A stretch of 64,000 nt of DNA. It comes from an uncultured Gammaproteobacteria bacterium. Lineage in GTDB: Bacteria > Patescibacteriota > Microgenomatia > UBA8517. Location: NCBI GenBank assembly GCA_964427735.1, contig CAYRUS010000001.1:602201-666200 (forward strand), read 5' to 3'. Numbering within the stretch: position 1 is the stretch's first letter; each line of letters starts with the position of its first letter. A program made the position numbers and the translations under genes. The notes beneath the pieces were generated by a model. The model saw only the letters and a list, made by a program, of their open reading frames with translations, was not told where the DNA came from and did not search any database. Shown here piece after piece: positions 8,674 to 17,060 of the stretch.

Positions 8674-9114
8674 TTATTGCATGTCCTGACCGGCAACAAA
8701 GCCCATCCAGTTATTTCCATCAGTGCAGATAAAAACCAAGACATCGATAGCATTAGCAGCAACAGAAAGAGTAGGGGAAATTCCTCCTGACCATAAAACA
8801 GAGTTCCAGGTGACTGTTCTACTTCCAGTAGTATCTTGTCTTAGTACAACTGTAAATGATTGACCTGATACAGCAGTTGGCATAGTGATCGTGCAGTTTT
8901 GGGTTAGCGTGATGTCGTGTAGTGTGGAGGTGCTTGGGTCTGGTAGTGTTTGGGTAGCGCCTGAATCTGCGACAGTATTTACAATTTCAGTTACGAGACC
9001 AGCACTGGCCATATTATGAGTGCCATCTTCGTTGTGTTCTGTTTCTAAATATTCGTTTAGTATAGTTCCCCAGTTTCCATCATCTCCACCGGGGGTAGGT
9101 AATCTAGCTGCCAC
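8674..9114 (-). CDS. phage minor-tail / fibre-like protein
   Basis: The N-terminal motif LPTPGGDDGNWGTILNEYLETEHNEDGTH resembles phage minor tail / fibre N-termini. The C-terminus (TTGSRTVTWNSVLWSGGISPTLSVAANAIDVLVF..DGNNW) is paralogous to the C-terminus of ORF 467..1207. Confidence 0.5.
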   Translation of the reverse strand: MAARLPTPGGDDGNWGTILNEYLETEHNEDGTHNMASAGLVTEIVNTVADSGATQTLPDPSTSTLHDITLTQNCTITMPTAVSGQSFTVVLRQDTTGSRTVTWNSVLWSGGISPTLSVAANAIDVLVFICTDGNNWMGFVAGQDMQ

Positions 9115-9134
9115 TTATATATCCTCCTTTCATT

Positions 9135-9323
9135 TTAAACGCCATATGGACCTGATCCATAGCCTGTTTTTTGTTTCTTATTTTTATTGATTAAATTTGG
9201 ATCAGAAATTGTATTTAATAAACCTGCAATTCCAGATAAGGCTAAAACAAGTAACCCAATATGAAGAATAAATTCTTTACGGGTCATTTTTTTATTTAGT
9301 AGCTTGCTAAATTGGACAGGCAT
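9135..9323 (-). CDS. small single-TM protein, hypothetical
   Basis: 62 aa with one hydrophobic helix. It lacks the TatA hinge motif. Confidence 0.3.
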   Translation of the reverse strand: MPVQFSKLLNKKMTRKEFILHIGLLVLALSGIAGLLNTISDPNLINKNKKQKTGYGSGPYGV

Positions 9324-9387
9324 ATTAAGTAATCCTAGGTTAAACTATTTTTACTACTTGGTCAACCAATTTTGAACTGAAACATTT

Positions 9388-10122
9388 TTAATTTTTGTTT
9401 TTTGTCCAAATAAAAATTACTGTAATTTGATAAAGAAAGATGATGGGGATTGCCATAATTAACTGATTAAACATATCTGGAGTAGGTGTCAGTATTGCAG
9501 CGGCAATAAAGCTGCCAAGGATTACGTGTTTTTCATATTTTAATAATGATTTAGGTGATATTTTGTAGAATTTGTTTAAAATTAGCATTATTAGTGGGAG
9601 CTGAAAAATAATTCCAAAGCCAACAAGATGCCTTGTAACAAAAGAAAAATATTCAGTAGTAGAAATTAGAGAACGAATTTCATTTGTAGAAAACGTGCTC
9701 AAGAAGTGAAGTGTTGCAGGTAGACTTATGTAGTAAGCAAATAATACACCAAAAATCAAAAACACTCCAGAAAAAAGTAGGGATAGATAGACTACACTTG
9801 ATTGGTTGTAAGGGAGTGCCGGTGAGGCAAATCGGACAACGTGGTAAATAAGAATTGGTAATGATATTAAAAAGCCAAAGAAGATAGAGATTTTTAAAAT
9901 AAAGTCAAAACCTCCTGCAGGAGAAGCATAAAATACAGGTTGGTTAAGTGGTTCAATTAAAATTAATAAGATTTTTTTGTGAAGTAAATATCCAAGCACA
10001 CTTCCTACAAGTAGGCAACTAAAGTATTGAATCATCCTTAAGCGAAGTTCTAGAAGGTGGTCTTTAAATGTTTGCTTATTTGGAGGATTTTTTACTTGAT
10101 TTGGAATTGTTGTCGACATCAC
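9388..10122 (-). CDS. tatC: twin-arginine translocase subunit TatC
   Basis: The N-terminal [10 protein letters not shown] motif and six TM segments are typical of TatC. Confidence 0.8.
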   Translation of the reverse strand: MMSTTIPNQVKNPPNKQTFKDHLLELRLRMIQYFSCLLVGSVLGYLLHKKILLILIEPLNQPVFYASPAGGFDFILKISIFFGFLISLPILIYHVVRFASPALPYNQSSVVYLSLLFSGVFLIFGVLFAYYISLPATLHFLSTFSTNEIRSLISTTEYFSFVTRHLVGFGIIFQLPLIMLILNKFYKISPKSLLKYEKHVILGSFIAAAILTPTPDMFNQLIMAIPIIFLYQITVIFIWTKNKN

Positions 10123-10292
10123 CGGATAATCCTTTTCTTAGTTCTCTTATTGATTCTCCAATACTCCTGGAAAGTTCGGGTATTTTCTTTCCTCCAAACA
10201 AAACAAGGACTATCAATAAAATAATAATTAGTTCTTGGAATCCGATGCCGAACATTGTTTTTACTTTCTATCTTGTTACACTTAATTTAAAC

Positions 10293-11504
10293 ATGAAGTA
10301 TTTATTAAAGCAAGGATTTACAATTTTAGTTTTACTATTAATACTTGTTGTGCTTCCTGTATACGTGTTTGCCGCTCCGTATGGTGAAGGTAGCTATGGC
10401 GGGGGAGTTTATAATGAGGGAGTTTCAGAAGCAACAGCAACACCCACACCGACAATTACCCCTACAGCTACACCTACTGTGACTCCAACACCTACACTGA
10501 CTCCAACTCCAACAATAGCTCCTACTCCAACAGTCACACCAACTGTGGCACCAACTTCTACCCCAACACCAACTCCCACTCAAACAGCTACTCCTGTAGT
10601 TACTGCAACTCCAACCCAGACGCCAGCTTTAGATAACGACATACCAGAATTTTCATCTGCTACAACGCCTGGTTGTGGAGATGCAGAGCCAGGATCAAAT
10701 CCTCCTTGGTTATATGGTGCCATAGCTCAAGATTCAACCAGTGTTTTACTTTATTTCACTCCTGCCGATGGATTTGTTGACAAGTACATATTGGAATACG
10801 GAGAAAAAGAGGGAGAGTACAGGCATGGTGTGGGTGATTTAGGAGTGAATTCTGATAGCCAAATGACTTTTTTGGTAGAGCAGCTTTCACCAAATACTAC
10901 TTATTATTTTAGGGTTCGAGCTGGAAATGGTTGTACTGTAGGTCCTTGGTCTAATGTAATATCAGAAAAGACATTTTCTGCCTTGAACCTTGTAAATCAA
11001 TTTACCAATCAAAGTTTGAAAACTGATATTACAGAAGCAGAAATCGAAAAAGATGCTTTTTCTGTGCCAACTCCATCACTATCACCATCACCATCACCAT
11101 CACCAACCCCTTCAATAACTATAATACCTGATACAGGACAAAAAACTTTAGTGGATGTAAGTATTAAAGTGGAGGATGAAAACAAAAACGCAGTACAAGG
11201 TGCAGTTGTAACACTTTATTCAACACCAAGACAAGAGATCACTGATGTAAATGGTATTGCACATTTTAATAGTGTGGAATCAGGTGAGCATCGTGTAGTT
11301 ATAGAATATAGAAACAAGAAAGCTGAACAGACAATATTTGTACCTTCTGATGGGGATGAAATAAGCTTTTCGATTGAAGTTAAACCAGCGAATCCAACTT
11401 ATAATAGATGGGCGATTGCGGGAATTGGTGTACTTGCGGTTTTAGCTATATTTTTAATTGTTCGATTGATTGTAGTAGCAAAACAAAACAAACTTCAAAA
11501 TTAG
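10293..11504 (+). CDS. cell-surface protein: signal peptide, TP-rich linker, FN3 domain, SP linker, CarboxypepD_reg-like domain, C-terminal TM anchor
   Basis: The likely start is the internal ATG at 10293 ([19 protein letters not shown]), because the track ORF extends upstream over tatC. Other elements are a (TP)n linker, an FN3-like [18 protein letters not shown] segment, and a C-terminal hydrophobic anchor with a basic tail. Confidence 0.6.
   Translation: MKYLLKQGFTILVLLLILVVLPVYVFAAPYGEGSYGGGVYNEGVSEATATPTPTITPTATPTVTPTPTLTPTPTIAPTPTVTPTVAPTSTPTPTPTQTATPVVTATPTQTPALDNDIPEFSSATTPGCGDAEPGSNPPWLYGAIAQDSTSVLLYFTPADGFVDKYILEYGEKEGEYRHGVGDLGVNSDSQMTFLVEQLSPNTTYYFRVRAGNGCTVGPWSNVISEKTFSALNLVNQFTNQSLKTDITEAEIEKDAFSVPTPSLSPSPSPSPTPSITIIPDTGQKTLVDVSIKVEDENKNAVQGAVVTLYSTPRQEITDVNGIAHFNSVESGEHRVVIEYRNKKAEQTIFVPSDGDEISFSIEVKPANPTYNRWAIAGIGVLAVLAIFLIVRLIVVAKQNKLQN
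10436..10630 (+). repeat. low-complexity ACN-CCN (Thr-Pro) coding repeat
   Basis: Encodes [25 protein letters not shown]... inside CDS 10293..11504. Confidence 0.5.
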
Positions 11505-11562
11505 CAAAAACTCCCAATTTTACCGCTACAAAAATAGTGCTATTATAAATTTAATTATTTTA

Positions 11563-12882
11563 ATGCTAAAGCTCACGCTAATTTTAACAAGCTTGTTTTT
11601 TGCTAGTTTTTACTTTCCTAGTATTGTATCCGCACAAACAGATCCATCATTTTCTTGTTTATCTCAATCAGGTCCTCTACAAACGGTGTCTGGATTTTTT
11701 AATAGTGGTAAGTTTGAACCTGATGTTGCTGCAAACAAGAAGTTTGATGCAAGAAATGCTAGTTTTGAATATCCAGAAACAATTTCTCATGCAATGGTCT
11801 CTTTAAGAGGTAGCAGTAGTGCAGTTAATATGTGCTGGGCAGGTGGATATTTTACATCCTCGTTGACTTGGCACGATTTAGATATTTCTTGGGAAGAAAG
11901 TAAACAAGGTTATGATGATGATGGTAGTGACAGAGGAGAAATGAATAATACTTCTTCTGCAACTGCCTATCATGACAAAATGACCTGGACAGGAATGCAC
12001 GTTTACAATATGCATGATGCAATTCGGACAAATAATACAGAAAACAATTGGACGATTCAGCATTCTTGGTTTGAATATGCACGTGATGATTGTATAGAAA
12101 ACGATTCTAATTATTCGGGTACTATTTACGATGTTTTATTTGACGGCTGTTATACCGGTTTAAGTAATCAGAGTGGAGATGGTGTGGGAGAATTGATTAC
12201 TATGGATAAAGTACTAATTAGAATGGAGCCCATGCCTTACCCGTATAAGTGGGACAGTAAAGATGATCCGGTTGTTTATGTTCCAGGATACACAATTCCA
12301 GGCACAAATGATCCTATTCCTTTTGGACATGGAAATGTTTTTAAAGGAGATGAAGAAAATTTTCCTGATTTTGAAATAACTAATTCTGTTTTTTTGCATG
12401 AATATGACTCCGAGGAAACTATTTGGCCACCAAAAGATAAGGTAAAGAAGTGCTCCAATAACACTATAATCTGGCTCGATGGTCCGTCAACTGCACCTAA
12501 TTATTTATTAAATGATTTTCCCGGTTGTTTTACTATAATTACAGACTCTACTCAAGGGAAGGCATTTTGGAAATCAAAGGTAGCAGATTGGCATGCAAGA
12601 CACCCTCAGGTCGGAGCAAATCGAAAACCATCTATACCAGGAGACTATAAATGGCCTAGGTTTGGGGCAGGCGTACCTACTTCAACTCCAACAGCAACAC
12701 CAAAACCAGTAATCCCCGGCGATGCTAATGGAGATTCAAAGGTGGATGGACTTGATTATGTGATTTGGTTAATTAATTACAATACAAATACATCTGCTGG
12801 TTCCAGTAAAGGCGATTTTGATAAAAACGGAAGAGTGGATGGACTTGATTATGTGATTTGGTTAAATAGCTACACAGGATAG
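11563..12882 (+). CDS. secreted protein with C-terminal type-I dockerin-like domain
   Basis: Signal peptide (MLKLTLILTSLFFASFYFPSIVSA). The C-terminus has two EF-hand-like dockerin repeats, DANGDSKVDGLDYVIWL and DKNGRVDGLDYVIWL. The N-terminal domain is unassigned. Confidence 0.6.
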   Translation: MLKLTLILTSLFFASFYFPSIVSAQTDPSFSCLSQSGPLQTVSGFFNSGKFEPDVAANKKFDARNASFEYPETISHAMVSLRGSSSAVNMCWAGGYFTSSLTWHDLDISWEESKQGYDDDGSDRGEMNNTSSATAYHDKMTWTGMHVYNMHDAIRTNNTENNWTIQHSWFEYARDDCIENDSNYSGTIYDVLFDGCYTGLSNQSGDGVGELITMDKVLIRMEPMPYPYKWDSKDDPVVYVPGYTIPGTNDPIPFGHGNVFKGDEENFPDFEITNSVFLHEYDSEETIWPPKDKVKKCSNNTIIWLDGPSTAPNYLLNDFPGCFTIITDSTQGKAFWKSKVADWHARHPQVGANRKPSIPGDYKWPRFGAGVPTSTPTATPKPVIPGDANGDSKVDGLDYVIWLINYNTNTSAGSSKGDFDKNGRVDGLDYVIWLNSYTG

Positions 12883-12940
12883 TTTTTCTTCTTAATGTCA
12901 GTTTATTGCAGGTCTTTTTAGAGGTAAGTATACTAACAAT

Positions 12941-14266
12941 ATGGTCAAGTTTAGCCACTTTTATCTGGGGATTTTGGTAATAGTATTGTTAATTATTAGC
13001 TTTTCTTCTTACAATCTTTGGAGAACCTCAAAGCACATTATAAATCAACAAACCTCTAGTGAATTAGTAGGTTGGGGATTAAATGAGTTTGGGCAAATTG
13101 CTGTATCTAATGAACCAACAAATTTCTTGTCAAAGCCAACAGCTGTACTTTTTGATAAACCAGTTGAAAAATTTGCCCTAGGGTATGAGCATACATTGGC
13201 ACTAACACGAGATGGTGAACTGTGGACATGGGGTAACAATCGCTATGGGCAGTTGGGAATTGGTAATACTAGTATATATCAGGCAAAACCTGTAAAAGTT
13301 GAAGGTATTGGTGAGGTAAAAGATATTGCTGCCAAACTAAATCACTCTGTGGCATTGGATAGCAAAGGTCAAGTTTGGACTTGGGGTTTAAATTATAGCG
13401 GACAGCTTGGAGATGGAACAAACCAAGATAAATCACATCCTGTTTTAGTTGAAGGTTTAAATGATGTAAAGAAAGTTGTGGCTGGCTATAGATTTTCTCT
13501 TGCGATAAAAGAAGATGGTACAGTATGGGCATGGGGAGCCTCGTGTAGTTCAGAGGATATTTCAGAAATGCAGTCAGTGATTGAGGAGGTCGGAGGTTCA
13601 TTTAGTAGTTTGGGAGGATATTTTAATCCTTATACGAGTGATTTTCTGGATAGAGAACTAATAAGTGATTGTGCAAATGAAGAATCTGTTGCTATACAAA
13701 GTAAGATCCCAAAACAATTGGAGGGATTTGATGATATTGTAGATGCAGATGCAGGTTTTGGTCATATAATTGCTCTTGATTCAGAAGGAAGAGTTTGGAC
13801 TAGAGGATGCAATACTTACGGGCAACTAGGGTTGGGTATGATTGGAAATCCTGGATCAAGAGTTCCACAATATATAGAAATATTGCCCAAAGTTAAACAA
13901 ATATCAGCTGGATTTCGTCATAGTGTGGTAGTAGATAAAGATGGGAATGTTTGGACTTGGGGATATTTACCGACGAAAGAACTAGAAGAAGAGCATTTAA
14001 CTGAAGAATTAGCTAGTGAGTTTTCCAAACCAAACCCTCAAAAAGTGAATAATATTTCCGACGTATTAGAAATTTCAGCAGGTCATGACTTAACAATAGC
14101 TCTTGATAAGAACAAAAAACTCTACGGATGGGGAATTAATGTCCATCCTGCGCTGCTTGGTGAAGGTGTTCCTGTCGTTGCAGAGCCTTTTGTTGTGTCA
14201 AGTGATTTTGGATGGCAAAAAATATATTTAGGAGGTTCGCATATATTAGCAACAAATGATTTATAA
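12941..14266 (+). CDS. RCC1-repeat (beta-propeller) protein with N-terminal TM anchor
   Basis: At least six WGxNxxGQLG repeats (VWTWGNNRYGQLGIG, VWTWGLNYSGQLGDG, etc.). Confidence 0.8.
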   Translation: MVKFSHFYLGILVIVLLIISFSSYNLWRTSKHIINQQTSSELVGWGLNEFGQIAVSNEPTNFLSKPTAVLFDKPVEKFALGYEHTLALTRDGELWTWGNNRYGQLGIGNTSIYQAKPVKVEGIGEVKDIAAKLNHSVALDSKGQVWTWGLNYSGQLGDGTNQDKSHPVLVEGLNDVKKVVAGYRFSLAIKEDGTVWAWGASCSSEDISEMQSVIEEVGGSFSSLGGYFNPYTSDFLDRELISDCANEESVAIQSKIPKQLEGFDDIVDADAGFGHIIALDSEGRVWTRGCNTYGQLGLGMIGNPGSRVPQYIEILPKVKQISAGFRHSVVVDKDGNVWTWGYLPTKELEEEHLTEELASEFSKPNPQKVNNISDVLEISAGHDLTIALDKNKKLYGWGINVHPALLGEGVPVVAEPFVVSSDFGWQKIYLGGSHILATNDL

Positions 14267-15454
14267 ATGATAAAAAAACCTGCTTTTCTTACTAGAAATA
14301 TTTCTATTCTCTCTGCAGTTAGTTTTGCAACAGATATTGCAAGCGAGATGCTCTATCCGATTGTGCCGTTGTTTTTAAGTCAACTAGGTCTTGGGGTTGT
14401 AGCAATTGGGTTAATAGAAGGTGCTGCGGATGCAGTAGCGGGTTTGTCTAAGGCACTTTTTGGATATTGGTCAGATGTTGTTGGAAAAAGAAAAAGGTTT
14501 GTTCAGGCTGGCTATGGATTATCAGCTGTCGCCAAGCCTATGATGGGTTTTTTCCCATCTTTTTTTGTGCTTTTTTCAGCCAGATTTGCAGATAGACTAG
14601 GTAAAGGAATTCGTACTGCTGCAAGAGATGCAATATTGGTTGAAGAATCTGTGTCAAAAGACAGAGGAAAAGTTTTTGGATTCCATCGTTCTATGGATAC
14701 ACTAGGTGCGACGCTTGGACCTATCGTTGCTTTAGTGTTTTTAGTTTATTATCCAGGAGAATATGGTTCTTTATTTCGACTAACTTTGATACCAGGCATT
14801 GTTGCTCTTTCATTAACCTTTTTAATTAAGCAAAAAAAATTAAAAACTCCAAAAAAGCAAGATATTGTAAATCCGTTTAAAGGCTTTAAGGATTATTGGG
14901 GGAAGAGCCCATTGTCTTATAAAAGGCTATTAATAGGGCTTTTTTTGTTTGCATTAATTAACAGTACAGATATGTTTCTTCTTTTAAGAGCAAAGGAATT
15001 GTTTGGAAGTGATATCTTAATGGTTGCTTCATATATTGTTTTTAATTTAGTTGGTACGTTTGCAGCGTACCTAGTAGGTTCTTTGGCAGATAGATTTGGA
15101 TTTCATCCAGTTTATATTGTTGGTCTTTTAATTTTTGCAGGTGTATATAGTTTGATGGGGATGGGAGTTTCAACTCAATTTGGGTTAATAATTCTTTTTA
15201 GTCTTTATGGAGTTTTTACTGCTATTCAAGAGAGTTTACCTAATGCTTGGTTGTCTTTGTCTGTTCCTTCAGAATACAAGGCTACTGGGCTAGGACTGTA
15301 TATGACACTAAGATCTCTTGCTTTTCTTGTTGGAACGATACTTACTGGATATTTGTGGAGTCTTTATGGTGCATATATTATTTTTAATTTGGTTGCTGTA
15401 TTGACTGCGTTTGTCGTTGGCTATTTTGTTTTTATAAAGGTTGATAAAATTTAG
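14267..15454 (+). CDS. MFS transporter
   Basis: 12 predicted TM segments with MFS-like loop motifs. The start ATG overlaps the upstream stop (TAAATGA). Confidence 0.7.
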   Translation: MIKKPAFLTRNISILSAVSFATDIASEMLYPIVPLFLSQLGLGVVAIGLIEGAADAVAGLSKALFGYWSDVVGKRKRFVQAGYGLSAVAKPMMGFFPSFFVLFSARFADRLGKGIRTAARDAILVEESVSKDRGKVFGFHRSMDTLGATLGPIVALVFLVYYPGEYGSLFRLTLIPGIVALSLTFLIKQKKLKTPKKQDIVNPFKGFKDYWGKSPLSYKRLLIGLFLFALINSTDMFLLLRAKELFGSDILMVASYIVFNLVGTFAAYLVGSLADRFGFHPVYIVGLLIFAGVYSLMGMGVSTQFGLIILFSLYGVFTAIQESLPNAWLSLSVPSEYKATGLGLYMTLRSLAFLVGTILTGYLWSLYGAYIIFNLVAVLTAFVVGYFVFIKVDKI

Positions 15455-15598
15455 GTGACAGGAATAACTTTTGCTATTTTAGGCAAAGAAAGAAAAATTT
15501 TTTAGCAAACGTGATTTTCTGACATAGTTGCAATGACGGTATCAAATAATGGGTGTATTCTTGTAGAAAAATACGTAGCAAGCATTTAATACTCAAAA

Positions 15599-15628
15599 GT
15601 ATCAAATTTTGGGGAAATATGTTACAAT
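15599..15628 (+). promoter_or_regulatory. candidate extended -10 promoter (TGtTACAAT) ahead of a long leader for the DEAD-box helicase gene
   Basis: TGTTACAAT at 15620-15628 with a weak -35 element. About 150-170 nt of AT-rich leader precede the CDS. Confidence 0.3.
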
Positions 15629-15774
15629 ACCTCTTGTAATGCAGATGTAATCAATAAATCTGCTTAGATTAGAATTTATTTTGAGCTGGTAAGATAAAGA
15701 TACCCCCAAATCTTACACATATTTAACACGTATCTTTTCTCCAAAATCATCATTAGTTTCCTACTTAAGCAGTT

Positions 15775-16980
15775 TTGTTGTTTTCATTTAAAAAAATGTA
15801 TAAAAGACGAAATAATAATAGACCTAGAAGACCAAATTACCGCAATTACGGCAGATCTTCACGTTCTCGCCACAGTGCACCTACATACAATCCAATGATG
15901 TTTGTCAGAAAAGCTTCGCCAGAGGAGGTTGTATCCCCGTATGAGGCAAATAATAGATTTTCAGACTTTAAAATTAGCCAAGAACTTAAACTAAATATCT
16001 CTAAAAAAGGATATAAAACTCCTACTCCAATACAGGATCAGGTAATACCGCTTTTGTTAGAGGGCAAAGATGTTGTCGGTGTTGCTGCAACTGGCACGGG
16101 TAAAACAGCGGCTTTTTTAATTCCTCTTGCTAATAAAGTTATCAAAAACAGGCATGAAAAAGTACTTATTATTACACCTACTCGAGAGCTTGCTATGCAA
16201 GTTGAAAAAGAACTTAATGACTTTATAAAAGGCTTACATATCGCATCAGCTCTTTGTATAGGAGGTGTTAGTATTGCGAGGCAAATAGGCGAGTTAAGGG
16301 ATAATCCAAGTTTTGTTGTAGGGACACCAGGTAGACTTTTGGATTTAGAAAAGCAAAGAAAGCTCAATTTTGCTAGTTTTGGAAATATTGTTTTAGATGA
16401 GGTAGATCGAATGCTAGACATGGGTTTTGTTAGAGATATTTCCTACATAATTGCTAGACTAACTACTGCAAGGCAGTCGTTATTTTTTTCTGCCACACTA
16501 CCTTCTAATGTAAAAAGTATGATACCTAAATTTTTAGACGATCCAGTAACAGTAACTATTCAAAACCAAATGCCGTCTGCCAATGTGGATCAAGATATTG
16601 TGAGATTAAAAGGTAGAGAAAAAGTTGAAGTTCTTGATGAGCTTTTGAAAAATGAAGAGTTTGAAAAAGTACTTGTGTTTGGTAGAACCAAAAGAGGAAT
16701 AGAAAAGTTGGGTAGAATGCTTAATAAGCGTGGTGTCAATGTTACAACCATTCATGGGAATAAGTCACAAAACCAAAGGAAGCGTGCTCTGGAGGATTTT
16801 AGAAGAAACAAGGTGCAAGTCCTTTTGGCTACAGACGTTGCCTCTCGAGGGCTTGATATCGACAATATCACACATGTTATTAATTATGATTTACCGCAGA
16901 CCTACGAAGATTATATTCATAGAATAGGAAGAACGGGAAGAGCCAACAAAAAAGGTTTTGCCTTGACTTTTGTGGAGTAG
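15775..16980 (+). CDS. DEAD-box ATP-dependent RNA helicase with Arg-rich N-terminal extension
   Basis: The Q-motif region, GTGKTAAF (motif I), DEVD (motif II), SAT, HGNKSQNQR and HRIGRTGRA are all present. The N-terminus is R/N-rich (MYKRRNNNRPRRPNYRNYGRSSRSRHS). Confidence 0.9.
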   Translation: MLFSFKKMYKRRNNNRPRRPNYRNYGRSSRSRHSAPTYNPMMFVRKASPEEVVSPYEANNRFSDFKISQELKLNISKKGYKTPTPIQDQVIPLLLEGKDVVGVAATGTGKTAAFLIPLANKVIKNRHEKVLIITPTRELAMQVEKELNDFIKGLHIASALCIGGVSIARQIGELRDNPSFVVGTPGRLLDLEKQRKLNFASFGNIVLDEVDRMLDMGFVRDISYIIARLTTARQSLFFSATLPSNVKSMIPKFLDDPVTVTIQNQMPSANVDQDIVRLKGREKVEVLDELLKNEEFEKVLVFGRTKRGIEKLGRMLNKRGVNVTTIHGNKSQNQRKRALEDFRRNKVQVLLATDVASRGLDIDNITHVINYDLPQTYEDYIHRIGRTGRANKKGFALTFVE

Positions 16981-17060
16981 TGGCAATCATTCTTAAAATT
17001 ACTTAATTCTCCAATTTATACTATTGATCTGTTGTGTATAATTACAAAAGTTAATTATTT

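Noticed and set aside
467-9114. Diversity-generating retroelement targeting the shared C-terminal module of the two fibre-like proteins
   Set aside because: No reverse transcriptase gene and no template-repeat copy are visible anywhere in the window. The two C-termini differ at all base types, not in an adenine-specific pattern.
9135-9323. TatA candidate directly downstream of tatC
   Set aside because: The 62-aa product lacks the FG hinge and amphipathic helix motif (LLFG..KLP.LG) of TatA/E. It is kept as a hypothetical single-TM protein.
10068-10292. N-terminal extension of the FN3 surface-protein ORF overlapping the tatC 5' end
   Set aside because: The extension is an ORF-caller artefact. 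A canonical signal-anchor begins at the internal ATG at 10293.
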